Assembly (NCBI GenBank): GCA_050575255.1
Contig: JBNZDD010013534.1
Location: 994,328-1,058,327, forward strand
DNA from: Harriotta raleighana
Lineage: Eukaryota
Reading direction: 5' to 3'
DNA length: 64,000 bases
The notes under the pieces are model-generated. The model worked only from the letters and a program-made list of their open reading frames with translations, searched no databases and had not been told where the DNA came from. A program made the position numbers and the translations under genes. Below, one piece after another: positions 48,967-60,903 of this stretch (within the stretch, counting starts at the first letter, position 1; each line of letters starts with the position of its first letter).

Positions 48967-51527
48967 TACATTGTGGTCACCTGCATTTTTGACCCTAATG
49001 ATTTACTGGCCTCTCTAAATCGATTCCCTTTGTCCCACCTCGCTCCCAATCTCTTTGTGCTGCCTCTATGCTAGACTGCCAAACATTGGATTTATAATAA
49101 TTTGAACTACAATTCAAATATGAATTCTCAAAAGAGAAACCAGGTTGGTGGTATAGAGTGGGGAGATTTCTCCCAGAAGTGATGGACTGTCTTTCACTTC
49201 TTCCTATCGCTGTATGTTTGTGTGTAACTGAATATTGAGCCAGGCTAGTATCTGCTATTCTGATTGTGTCATCAAGAGATACTCCCTCCTCTTTTCAAAT
49301 AGTGCAATGGGTTCTTCAACAGACGGACAAGATAGCACCTCCAACAGACCAGGCAATCCCAGCAATGTTTTCCACAGTCACTTACACTTCACTGTAAAAC
49401 AATACAGTGAAGTGCTTTAGGATGCCTTGATGCTATGTTAAGGTACTATATCAAACGCAAGGATTATTATTATTATTGACGGAGTGTCAGCCAAGACTAT
49501 GAATTTAGTCAGTATGGGACTTGAATCTGCAACCTTCTGACTTAGAGGTGAAAGTGCTATCAACTGAGCCAGGGTAGCATCTGTCGTGCTTAATGTTGGC
49601 AGTCATGAGAACATGAAATATTTCCACATGCCAAAGTCAAGGACAAATTTCTATTTGCATCTTAGTTTAAAAAAGTAGGAATAGAAGCTTCACCATCCAG
49701 CATCAAGCATTAATAATTACAGCCCCTCATTGTGTGATAATGTAAGACACTGTATTTGACAACCCCATTTAATCTTTTGATTAATGTGTCTTTGAATGTA
49801 TGAAGAATACATACTGAATTTCAAAATTCTGGTTCATGCATAAATTTGTACAAGGTCAATATTTCATGCACTGACCTTTGACAACTTCCTTTAGCATCTG
49901 TTCCAAAACGTGTCACTTCAGCTATCGTTCAAATAATTCTATGAGTCAATTTTCATTCAAAACATACCTGTTTCATGGTCAATCTGATGAGAATATGAAA
50001 AGCCAAATGCCTTTGGTAAGTCTGTAACCCTATGAGTGTTCCATTTGATAATGATTTACATAATATAGGCCTCCTTTCCCCTAGCTTACAGCTACAAGGA
50101 AGATATGCTTAAGCAAAGCTTTCATCTGAAGGTGAATCTGAATAAGGAGGGAGGGGGTGGGGAACAGCGGTACGAACATACACAGCAATGGTCTGTGGTT
50201 ACCATTACGATTTTCAGTCACTGCGTACCAATGCACTGCATAAAAGGTAACAACACAACAGGAAGTGTTTCACCTGAAATGTTTCCATATGAGTTACGTG
50301 TGTGAAAAAATGGGCCTTTGATAAATGACATTTCACTGCAAAAATACCATATGCCAGGTTTCACCCGACAACCAGGCTGTGAACTTTATAAAATAAAACT
50401 TCTGTCATTTTATAAATGGTTTAAAGTAAAATGGAGCAATTTAACTCAGGAGTGACTATGCGTGGTAAAAGCCAATGTGTTTTTTTGAAAACAAACTCTG
50501 TTGGTCTCCTGCTTTCACCTGGATGTGTTGTAATTGACCTTACCCCACACAGTGACAAAAAAACACCAAGTAATGAATGAGCTGGGGAGCCAGAATGGCT
50601 GAATTACTGCATTGTGTTTGATAAATTCACTTAATAATAGTCCTGTCATTCATGGTATCTGATAGTGATGACCCTGCAGATTTGAAGCCTGCAGTAAAAT
50701 AGATGCTGAAAGCTTCTGCTTTCCAATAGCTGCTGTTGTTTTACTGATAAAAGCATTGTGCAGCTGGCATATGTGTTACCATCGACAAAGCAGTAATAAG
50801 CACAATCTGTTTGATTTTCCACTTGCCTTATGGAATCACTTTGAACAGACCTCAGCTACCGGCAAGATTAAAATAGTCCAGGTTGTGTGGCCCTTCCCCT
50901 ATTGAGTCTTTTGTTCAGGTTTGCTCCAGTTGGCTCATTGTGTAAATGCAAAGCATTTTGCTGGAAAACTTCTTGGGGGCTTGATGTTCTCAGGCTTAAA
51001 ACATTTCAATATCTTAAAATTTAAATTGCATACTCTCAAAAAATGGTCTTAAATTCAGTCTGGATTTTCTGCAGTTCTTGTTATGGTATTTTGAAACATC
51101 AGCTTCCAATTGCAAATGAACTTAACAATCCTTTCCAAAATTTGGTATGATTTATAATTTGAAGTCTTCAAGCATGAAACATTTCAGGCCCCTGAACGCT
51201 TACGTCGGTTAAAGCATAGGAGTATTAGAACCTGGTTCTCTCTGCGTAGGGATGGGCAGGAGGACTATTAAGGCTTTGGTGAATCAAATACAGGATGATC
51301 AGACACCATCTGGTTCATGCTAAGCTACCACACACTATCAAACAGCATTTATTTCACAATGGAGGAGAGAAAAAGTCAGAGCCGAACAGCCTGTCTTTCA
51401 CTCATAGAAACTAAAAACTTGGGCTATATCAAAATACTAAGTCATGTGGTCAATTTAATATAATACAGTAGTACAATTTAGAAGGGCTGCATTATGACAG
51501 AACATAATCTTGCTTTCTAGTTAGACA

Positions 51528-51765
51528 GGGGCTAGTCTCTCAATGGCTCAAGGCAAATGAACTATATGGTACATTACTGAACTACTTCTTTAGCGCAGCA
51601 CAGTATGGCGGTAGTGTGTTACTATTTGGTTCAGTGACCCTGGTCAGTAACCAGCTGAAGTATTTGTGCAGCATTGATGTGTGCGGAAACGTTTGGCCTC
51701 AGCTGCGATGCTCCCACAACCAATTAGTCCAGGTGGCCACTAAGCCAAGGTATCAGACTGCTGCT
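51528..51765 (+). mobile_element. Ancient SINE-like element (AmnSINE2-like by recollection)
   Basis: ggggctagtctc..tggctcaaggcaaatg..tactgaac..cagtgaccc..ctcagctgcgatgctcccac..ggccact..aaggta. Confidence 0.45.
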
Positions 51766-52266
51766 TCCAATGAGCTATATTAATAATCACCATAATCCTT
51801 ACATTTTACGTGCCTTTTGATGTCAAGAGAAAGTCTCAAAGCTCAAAGATTTTATTGAAATTGTAGTGACTGTGGAATATGTAGATAAACTTGGTAGCAC
51901 GTTTTGCAAACATCAATGTCCAACAAATAGCATGAAGCAAATAACCAATTTTATTTGGGGGATTATCGGCCAAGACAGCACGAGAAATTTCCTTTTCTTT
52001 TCGAATAGTTTCTTGCGACATCCTGAACAGTCAGACGGGAACTTCAATCAATCAATCAAAACTTGATTTAACATTGCATTCAAAGAGCGATACCTCTAAC
52101 AATGCAGCACACACCAAGCACACTATTCTGTCAGCCAACATGTTGAGTTAAGAGTCCCAATTTGGGACTTCAACCCGTGGACTTTCTGACTCAGCTGCGA
52201 TGCTCCCACAAACAATTAGTCCAGGGACTAATTGGTTGTGGGAGCATGGACTTTCTGACTGAGCCA

Positions 52267-52645
52267 AAAACAGAGAGCTGGGAAAACTCAGCAGGTCAGG
52301 CAGCATCTATGGAGAAAGGAAAGTGAGTCAACATTTTGGTTCACGACCTTTCGTCAGAACTCACACATAATCAAACACAAGGAGGAAAACAGATAGTGGG
52401 GAGGGGGAGCAGGGCAGAAGGGAGGAACAAAAGTTATGTCGAAAAAAACAGAACTTCTTCGGGGTAGGTATTCCTAGAAGAGAAGTGGCAGTGAGTCAAA
52501 CATAAACAAAACACAAAATACTGCAGATGCTGGAAATCTGAAACAAAAACAGAAGTTGCTGGGAAAACTCAGCAGGTCAGACAGCATCTATGGAGAAAGG
52601 AAAGTGAGTCAATGTTTCGGGTCCACGACCCTTCGTCAGAACTGG
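52267..52645 (-). mobile_element. Non-autonomous mini-Penelope: two direct terminal repeats, each with a hammerhead motif, and an 8-bp TSD
   Basis: Direct repeats at 52267-52341 and 52508-52645 (ctgggaaaactcagcaggtcag..ggagaaaggaaagtgagtcaa..cacgacc..tcgtcagaact); ctgagcca at 52259-52266 and 52646-52653. Confidence 0.8.
52604..52645 (-). ncRNA. Minimal type-I hammerhead ribozyme motif
   Basis: Minus strand: AGTT CTGACGA A GGGTC GTG GACCC GAAA CATT GACT. Core intact, perfect 5-bp stem II, stem I AGUU/GACU; stem III palindrome altered (CGTT to CATT, consistent with CpG decay). Confidence 0.65.
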
Positions 52646-53539
52646 CTGAGCCAGGCTGATATCTGACACCTGATGCCCAGCACAAGTCAACACGTACAAG
52701 AGAGTGAGGGAGGAACTTGGGCAAAAATTTAAAAATGCACAACGGTTGCTTCATTCCTTCCAGCAGAACTGAAGTAGTGTGTGCAATCCTGTGACACATC
52801 ATTACAATAAACTTCAAGCTACCCTCTTCCCTGAAATGACAGTAAGAACACACAACTCTGGAGACACAAATACAGAAAGTTTGCATTTTACTCTGAGAAC
52901 TTGCAAACACATTTTGTATGTAACCCTTACTTTCCATTTTGTGCACATTCTCCAGAGGACAGCAGGGCATTGGGCATCGCATGTGAATCAATGGATGGAA
53001 TCATTCGCGCAAATCACCTTTAAAAGCATCAAAACAGAAATACTGTAGTATGATGATCCTCTGGGAGTTTTTCTATTTTCCAACATTCGGGGGCCTAAGT
53101 GGAATGAAGGCCATTGATGGGTGGAAGTGGGAGAGAGAGTAAGGAGCAAGGGCATGTAGGAAAATGTCACAGATGTATGGCTAACACATAGATTTCTACT
53201 ACATGAACATTGAGACCTTCACATCCCGATGACTGTGTAGTCTGTATTCCAGCTCCAATGTAGTCTAGTGGCACAATGGGATCAGGTTCGTAACACATGT
53301 AAGGAGACCTGGGAAGAGCAATGGAGTTGCTACAGGAGACAATGCTGTTGGTTGTTAGGGACATCTACATGAATAGTGTTACCTGGTGCTCAAGATAAGC
53401 CTATTGAAACATATAGACTTTGCCACTTATTAACTCAAGCATTTTTTTCATAAACAGATAAACACCTTTGACAAACTGCACATTCACGTCTCTCACCATG
53501 GCTTGAGGATTATAGCTAGTGAGTACTCGAACTCTACAG

Positions 53540-53700
53540 ATTCTGTATGAGCTGATCTCAGCCCCAGAGTCTATCCCCCGGCTGGATGGTGCCTGTGTGT
53601 GGTCGGATGAACACTCAGCTGTGATGTCCCAACAGTCAAATCACCTGTCAATGTCCACTTGTGAAGGGTCACACACGAAAAATAGTACCGAATGCCTTCA
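53540..53700 (+). mobile_element. Ancient SINE-like element (AmnSINE2-like by recollection), internally deleted
   Basis: gagctgatctcagc..gctggatggtgcctgtgtgtggtcggatga..ctcagctgtgatgtcc..cagtcaaat..gggtcacacacgaaaaat. Confidence 0.45.
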
Positions 53701-55674
53701 GGAGGAGAAGAGAAGAGAGGAGGAGGAGGAAGGGAGAGAATAAAAACAGCTCGGTCTTGTCTAAAGTCACCATTTGTAATGAATCCAAGCTCTGTAACAA
53801 CAAGCTGCACAGCTGTACTTGTTTTTGGTGCTTTACAGGAAGTGGCCTGTACCATCAGAATGTCCCAGATGCAATTCTAGTGTATGTGTACGATCTATGT
53901 GTTGTGGATTTTTTTTTAGCCATTCGTGGTTAAGGAGTAGAGTCGGGAGAGGAACTTGAACTTAAATAAAATAATTCCCCCCCCCCATCCCCTTCCACAA
54001 ATACAAGATAAACTTTGCTGGTTGTTACAAGGTTAGAGTCATGAGGCTTAAATCTACATGAATTAAAAAGGGGACAATTTGCTCACTGCTGGAGCCAGTC
54101 AGTGTCTTAACATGACAGCAATGCAGAACAATGGGCTGTCACTGCCTGGCCCCAGAGTCAGAGGTGAAGAGAAACGTTTTCATTTTGCAGGATTCCGGTT
54201 TGAGTTTCACTCCAGAGGTGCTAGAGTCGAAGTGTTTGGAAACGGTAATATCAAAAAGGCCAAAACAGCAGAAACAATTCAAACTGAAAGAAAGCACAAA
54301 ATGACAGGAAGGGGGAGAATCCTGTGAAGTGCTTTGAGACGTTTCTAAAACATGAGCTATATATCAAAGACAACGGCTGTTATTATTATTATTTTTATTA
54401 TTATTTTGTAACAGGCACCAAATCACACCTTGCTCAGTCAGACCAAGACTAGGCTGCCTCAGGGGAAGTGCTATGGAGCTCCTTTTCCATTTCCATTTGC
54501 AGCCAAGGAAATTCAACCCAAACCAATGTGCGGTGCTCCACGTGGCACGGCTTTAAAAATAAATTGTAAGCCGTTTTTGAGACATATGTAACTGCTCATT
54601 ATGTTGGGGTGAGTGGTCCTATTTAACTAGCAGCAGGTTGTGTGGGTGTTCACTCCCTTCTGCAGTTGCGCTCTGGTGCCAAAATGCCAGCAGCATCTTG
54701 AAAGCATGCCAACGTGACCCAAGGTTCGCAGACCACATATTAATCCGTATAACTCCACTTTTCATAAATGCCTCAGCACTGCTGTGCACACAGTTCTATC
54801 AGCAATGAGGTGATGCTAGCAGGAGAAAGAGAATCATAAGCATTGCTTGCGTGTGTTTGTGAATTGGCTTTTTCACTCTTTGTATTGTAGGGATATTTTC
54901 CATGTTTAAATTTCCTTACCCTCCCCACAGGGTTTATGGCAAGTAATAAATGATGGCACTTGTTTTTCAATGGGAAGCTGAATGTTTTATTATTGCCTCT
55001 TGGAGTATTCCTCCCCCACTCCCCCCAACCACACCCTCAACCCCCTGCCTCCCCTGCCTGTATAAGCAAGAAGATTTGGTACACGAAAACCTGCTGGGAA
55101 TTTGCAGTTTTCAAAGAAATAAACCACTGAGGGATTTTTATCACATAACTAACAAGAGCCAGGGGAGCAGGTAAGTTATGTTGGTGGTGACACAAGTTGC
55201 TTGTTTTCCATAAGCTGCCCATCCCTTGTGTGATTGCTGTTTACACAACAGGCGTGCATCTGGAGAAGCAGGATAGGAAATTTTTCAGTGTTAGTTTATA
55301 GCAACTTTCAGGTTCAATTATTGTATAGTGAGCATCCTCCTGAGGGAGAGGTAGTGATGGGAGTTAAGTGGGTAAGTCTCCTTGGTGCATGGAAAATGGA
55401 ATATCAGAATCGAGCCAACTCTGCTGATCTCGAATCTCAGTTTAATGGTTTGTCATTTGATCAGGCACATGGCATCTCCAACAATGCAGCACTCACCCAG
55501 AACTGTACTGGAGTATCAGCTGAGATTACGAGTTGAAAGATCTGACATGGAGCTTGAACCCATAACCAATTCAGAGACATGAGTGCAGACAACTGAGGAA
55601 GCCTGAAATTATCTAGAAAAAAAGATATTGACCAAGACCTGGTATAAATAAAGAATAAATCTTAAATGCAATAG

Positions 55675-55980
55675 TATTAATAATAATCCTTGCATTTGAT
55701 ATAGTACTTTTCACATCTTCTATAAGTCTCAAAATGCTTCACAGAATATACTGGAGAGTGAATTGACTATATAAATAGTGGGCGAAACGTGGCAGCTAAT
55801 TGCTCACAGTACTGTCCCACAAACAGTTGTGGGTTGAAAAAAACAGTTTATTACATTTTTTGATGGATTTTTATCAGGCATATGGAGTAGGGAAACTTGC
55901 TCAAGGTTCCACCCTAAATGAAATCGAACCTGATCTCTCGCTTGTAAAGCAAGTGGTCTAACCACTGAACTACAGGACTC
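55675..55980 (-). mobile_element. Full-length tRNA-derived SINE inserted within a Deu-SINE cluster (55440-56090)
   Basis: taataatccttgcatttgatatag..ggagtagggaaacttgc..atcgaacc..tctaaccactgaactacaggactc. Confidence 0.85.
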
Positions 55981-56235
55981 AACTCATCTGAAGTATCTCT
56001 GACAATGCAGCATACTGTACTGCAATGTCAGCCTAAGCCAAAGACTATGAGTTCAAAGTCCTGATGTGGGTTTTGGGGCATGTAGTGCATCAATACACCT
56101 GAGCAAGTTGTGAAGCATTTCTACCATCTTCAAGAATTTTTGTTTGCAAACACCTTTTGACTTCTCAATTGCAAGATTCACTTAAGATTGTTTTGTTTTT
56201 TCTTCAGCATTTTATATGTGTTCTCTGTTGTATGG

Positions 56236-56468
56236 TTCCACACTCTGGAGCTCCACCCCGCAGTCCCTTCGCCTCACTTCCTCCCTTGCCTCCTTCAAGG
56301 TCGATCTCAAGACTCTCCTCTTTGATCGTGCCTTCTGCCACTCTCCCAACTCTCTTCCTCCCCTCCCTCCTACCTTGCTCCTCCCCTTTGCTCGGGTCTC
56401 TAACTAACTTTTCAATGCCTTGGGACGTCTTCCCGACATGAAATGTAATTTTTGTTGTTTTTGTTATT
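56236..56468 (+). mobile_element. L2 3' end
   Basis: LWSSTPQSLRLTSSLASFKVDLKTLLFDRAF (L2 ORF2 C-terminus) plus tail gccttgggacgtcttcccgacatgaaatgtaatttttgttg. Confidence 0.85.
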
Positions 56469-56837
56469 GATGGCCTTTAGTTTAATTGCTCTATTCTGTA
56501 AATAAATGTGCATTGTTTTAATTGGAAAAGCCCTATGTCACCTTGTGAAATGTGTGTCTGTCCACCAAGACTCTGTGTAGCAGGAGGCTCTGCAGAATGT
56601 ATAAATATATTAAATGCAGAGGGCAAGTTGTTAAGTCCTTAAACATGATCCTATCAAAATGTTAAGTGTTTCGAGACACAGTTCTAGTTAATCGGAGGCA
56701 AAAATCTGCTTACATGAATTGAGAAATGCTTTAAAATAAATAATACATAATTAGTAAGTCCTAACAGACTTTTCAAGTTGTAACATGAGGGGAATGCATG
56801 AGTTGAGTGATCGATAACACTTTATAAAAAATATATA

Positions 56838-57416
56838 CAGTCAACCCTTGCTGAACGCGATTTTCTCGACTGCGGATTCGCCTATACGCGAAGAAATAAA
56901 TGTGGCACTTTTTTGCGTAACCCAAGTAAAATTTGTGTACATGTGCTGGCTGGCCCCGCGTGCATGTGCATTTCGGAGGACGCTGACCCCATTCTCAATG
57001 CACATTTGGGAGGACGCCACCGGCCCCGCCTAAATCCGATGATTCATTGGCCTCGGAGCAACCTGGTGGCATTGCATGGTAAATAGAAGAGACAGAGCAT
57101 CTCCTAACACTTCCAGGACCAAAGGTAAAATAATTTAGCCAAGCTGTGGTAGTGTAAGGTGCTGTTTTATTGTCTCCAGTGAGTCAGTGAGAGCGGGGAG
57201 AGTGACGAGCGGGCAGAGCGGGCCAGCCGGCTGTAGCCGGCCTCAGTACAAACCTTGCGTTGGCATGGTTGTGCTTGGAGGCTTGAGGATGGATAGCCTG
57301 TGCATGGATTCCCTTAACCCCTTTTTTCTCATTACTTATTAAGCTTACCGAACGCGATTTTACCAAGAGCGCTGTTTTCCAGGAACGTAATTCTCGCATT
57401 CGGTGAGGGGCAACTG
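56838..57416. mobile_element. Tigger/pogo-like MITE (~580 bp) with TA target-site duplication
   Basis: TA|CAGTCAACCCTTGCTGAACGCGA..TCGCATTCGGTGAGGGGCAACTG|TA: imperfect ~23-bp TIRs, subterminal gaacgcgatttt repeats, CpG-rich, no transposase ORF. Confidence 0.75.
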
Positions 57417-57924
57417 TATTTCATGGCTTTTTGAAGTGCTGCATGCTGCAGTTTCTTCAAAGAAAAACTATCCAATAGTTACCTCAACCCTATCATAGGG
57501 CAGTTTTCTCACTGCACAAGCGCAGACTCCACCGTTAAAACATTGTTTGAAAGAGTAGTCAACTTCCAGCTAGTTAGGACGCTGCTGATATCATTAGTTC
57601 CTGTGATTATCTGCAGAAACACCACTGACAAGACTTCCTTTCCTTCCAATGCACCAGGAACACATGTAGCAATCAGACATGACATCAGCATTGAGTTGCT
57701 GTCTCAGAAGACAGCATTTTTTAGTATGGAGAAGTTCAATAATCTGGGGCTAGAAGCCTTAATGTACTGCAGACATTCTCAGAACATACTTGGTATTAGT
57801 GAAATCATGCTCCTCGCGATATGTCTAATAATGGAGGCCATGTACAGTACTAGGAACTTTAAACCACTCATCTTAATTATGTCAATAATCAGAAAGGAAG
57901 TGAAAAATTACTTATATAATTCCG

Positions 57925-58039
57925 CTCATAAATACACAGTTAATTCACTTTGCAGTATATTCTGTGAAGCGCTTTGGGACGTCGATAAGATGTGAAAAGC
58001 GCTATATCAAATGCAAGGATTATTATTATTTATTATTAT
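57925..58039 (+). mobile_element. tRNA-SINE 3' tail, well conserved
   Basis: ttctgtgaagcgctttgggacgtcgataagatgtgaaaagcgctatatcaaatgcaaggattattatt. Confidence 0.85.
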
Positions 58040-58249
58040 AAAAATAATCTAACTATTGACAGCCAAACCGAATTCAGAATAATAGCTCCTGTCTGAACAA
58101 ACGTAGACTTTTTCTGGAGGTGACCAAATTGACAGTGCAAGCCGTTTCAGCAACAACAACAAAATTACATTTGTATGGCATGCAGTGTATCTGTATCTAG
58201 ACTTCCAAAGGAACCATATATTGTAGTATATCTAGATTTACAAAGTACT

Positions 58250-59210
58250 ACAGTACATGAAAGACTCCCCCACAAACTGTGGTCACTGGATATCAAGGAC
58301 GAGACAAGGACATGGATTCAGAATTAGCTGAAGGGAAGAAAGCAGATTGTATTTGTTAAGGGAGCTGGATCAAAATGATGAGAAATATTAAGCAGAGTGT
58401 CTCATGTTCCTCATATATATTAATGACCTGGATTTGTAGAACCCGTGAAGATGCTTAAAATTGCAGTTGACATAAGTTGGGGGAATTGTGGAATCAGAGG
58501 AAGCAGTAAATGAGTAGAATATGCACACGGGCCAATCGCTGGCAAATGAAGTTTAATATTGATAAATATAAATATTACATATAGGATCCAAGAATAGGAA
58601 ACATAAGTACTCAATGAATGAGATTGAGCTTGCCAAGAGGGAAGCTAAAAGAGATCTGGGGATGTTAGTTGACTCTTTGCTCACTGTGCCAAAACAATAA
58701 ACAAGGGAAGCAGGATATTGGGCTACATTGCTAAATTCATTGAGTTTTACAAATGCATTATCGAAATGTAATTTTGCTGTTGTTGTTTAGATCCCGACAT
58801 CATACTCTGCTTGTACTCCAATCAGACCACACCTGGAATACTGCATACAGTTCACCACAACATAAGATCCTAGAGAGAGATTTTCTGGAGGGATGTAGTC
58901 ATAGAATCATAGAATCTTACAGTACAAATAAATCTGTGCTGGCTCTTTAAAAAGAGCAATTCAATCCCACTCCCCAGTTCTTTCCCCATAACCTCGCACA
59001 CCTGTCCTCTCCAAATAAATGTCTACCTCTCTTTTAAAAGTTGTTATCGAATCGGCCTCCACCACCTTTTCAGGCAATGCATTCCAGATTCGAACAACTC
59101 ACTGAGTGAAAAAATTTCTCCTCACGTCCTCCCTGCTTCTTTTTGAAATTATTTTAAATCTTTGACCAGTCAGGTGGGTCAAAGGGCTTTCATCCAAACC
59201 AATCTTTTAA
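58250..59210. mobile_element. Plus-strand CR1 ORF2 fragment (58250-58900) abutting a minus-strand CR1 3' end (58900-59210)
   Basis: IYINDLDL, KIAVD, WQM..FN, RDLGMLVD and RPHLEYC motifs; then catagaatcatagaatcttacagtaca terminal repeat on the minus strand. Confidence 0.75.
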
Positions 59211-60445
59211 TCTTATGTATCAATGTGTATATGTACATACTGTATATCTTATGTACCAGAGACCTATCAATGAACAGTAGTGTACTAAAATCTCCAGATA
59301 GTGCAGAGAGCATGAGAAAGAGTGCAAAATTCTATTGCGGTAATACAGCATCATTTTGCAAGTCATGCAGCTCATAGTGTGGAATTGACTTTGTACTTAA
59401 GCAATTACTGGAACCTGCAAGTAACTGTGCTCTTGTGTCTGGTTCAGCTACACCATTTCTCAGACACTAACAGCCGTGGGACTTTACTTGCCCCTTCTCT
59501 ATCCCTCTTTCCAGAAAAAAACGCAGATACGCAACTGTTAATTTCAGATCATATCTATAGTTAGCTGGAAAAAGAAAAATATTATGATGCATCAGATGAA
59601 ATAGTTTCATTTATTCAGCAGGCGAATTATTTGATGAAATCCCCTTTGCACTTATTTATATTATAGTACATTTGCAGGCATTGAGCAATGCAAAATGCAG
59701 TAAATGCCTAAGGGCCTGATTTCATACATTATTCATTCAGCATTCCTGTTACTGGTGTCTTGAATTTGTGATTGCGTCAAGGAAATAATATGCAGCAGAA
59801 CTCTCATGAAAGTTGAACCTTTACAGGTCAAGAAATCGATAGTGAAAATATCTCTCCATATATTGTATTTGAGGAAGTGTTGTATATATTGCAAATTAGA
59901 CAGCACATGATACCACACTATACTTACAACCCTTTCACCTTCCTCAAGACTTGGCTTCTCTAAGTGGCCAACTGAATTTATCGAAAATGTGTTTAGCAAC
60001 TGTTTCTTTCTGTGCCAAAACATTCTGATGAAATGTGACCTATCAATAGGAATTTCAAATGTACGACATGAAATAACAGTAAAATACCGTCTCCTGCTAC
60101 ATTTCCATCGATCTTTCCACTCGATTTTCTAATATTTTAAGAAAAGGATAAAAATAATTAGATGCATTAAGGGTAAACTACCAACATGGTGCATTAAAAT
60201 AATGCTTGCATTTGATATAGCAATTTTCACGTCTTCACGGAATATACTATAAGTGTGGTGACACGTACATGTAAGTTACACGTATGTAAGCTACAGGTAA
60301 AGTAATTGACGGATGATGGTAAATTACAGATAGGATAATTTACATGTATGAACACTTCTAAATACTGCACCCTTATTCACCCTTTCACCCTATATGTGAA
60401 TCTATGTCATGTACAAAAACACTTGCCAATTATTGTTGACATTTG

Positions 60446-60449
<4 letters not shown>

Positions 60450-60483
<34 letters not shown>

Positions 60484-60485
60484 AT
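60450..60485. repeat. (CA)n microsatellite
   Basis: Read directly from the sequence. Confidence 0.95.
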
Positions 60486-60759
60486 ATATATGTTGATGTC
60501 CGGCAGATAGCTGATAAGGAAACTCTAAGGCTCAGGGGTTCAGCTGCCACAAGGCGTTATTTGGAATCCGAGTTTGTCAACGCACCTCCATATGTTCAGC
60601 ACCTGGAATCCACCTTGAATGGCTCGCAGAGAGACAAGCAAATGCTGCTTAAACTCCGCACCTCCAACTGGTGGAACCATTGTTCTGTGGGAAGGGAAGT
60701 CTGACCGAACTGTAGATGAGGTGGCATTACTCATCACACTATGTTGTGTTGCCCTCTCG

Positions 60760-60903
60760 AGTCTCTACCCCCTCCTTGCTCCCACCCTCGCCCTGAACAT
60801 TTTCCCTTGCTCGGGTCCTGAACCAATCTGTCCAGCGCCTTGGGACGTCCTCCTGACGTGAAACGCGCTCTATAAGTGTAATTTTGTTGTTGTTGTTGTT
60901 GTT
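60760..60903 (+). mobile_element. L2 3' tail with (GTT)n terminus
   Basis: tccagcgccttgggacgtcctcctgacgtgaaacgcgctctataagtgtaattttgttgttgttgttg. Confidence 0.85.

Larger units (their letters stand above)
51781..52660 (-). mobile_element. Deu-domain SINE hosting a templated insertion and a nested mini-Penelope
   Basis: Tail at 51781, core acatcctgaacagtcagacgg, head gggacttcaaccc..ttctgactcag; the head resumes after the insert as ctgagccaggctgat. Confidence 0.7.

Noticed and set aside
59928-60024. Minus-strand 97-nt AG..GTAAGT candidate exon (MFWHRKKQLL..)
   Set aside because: Weak polypyrimidine tract, unrecognised peptide and no partner exons.
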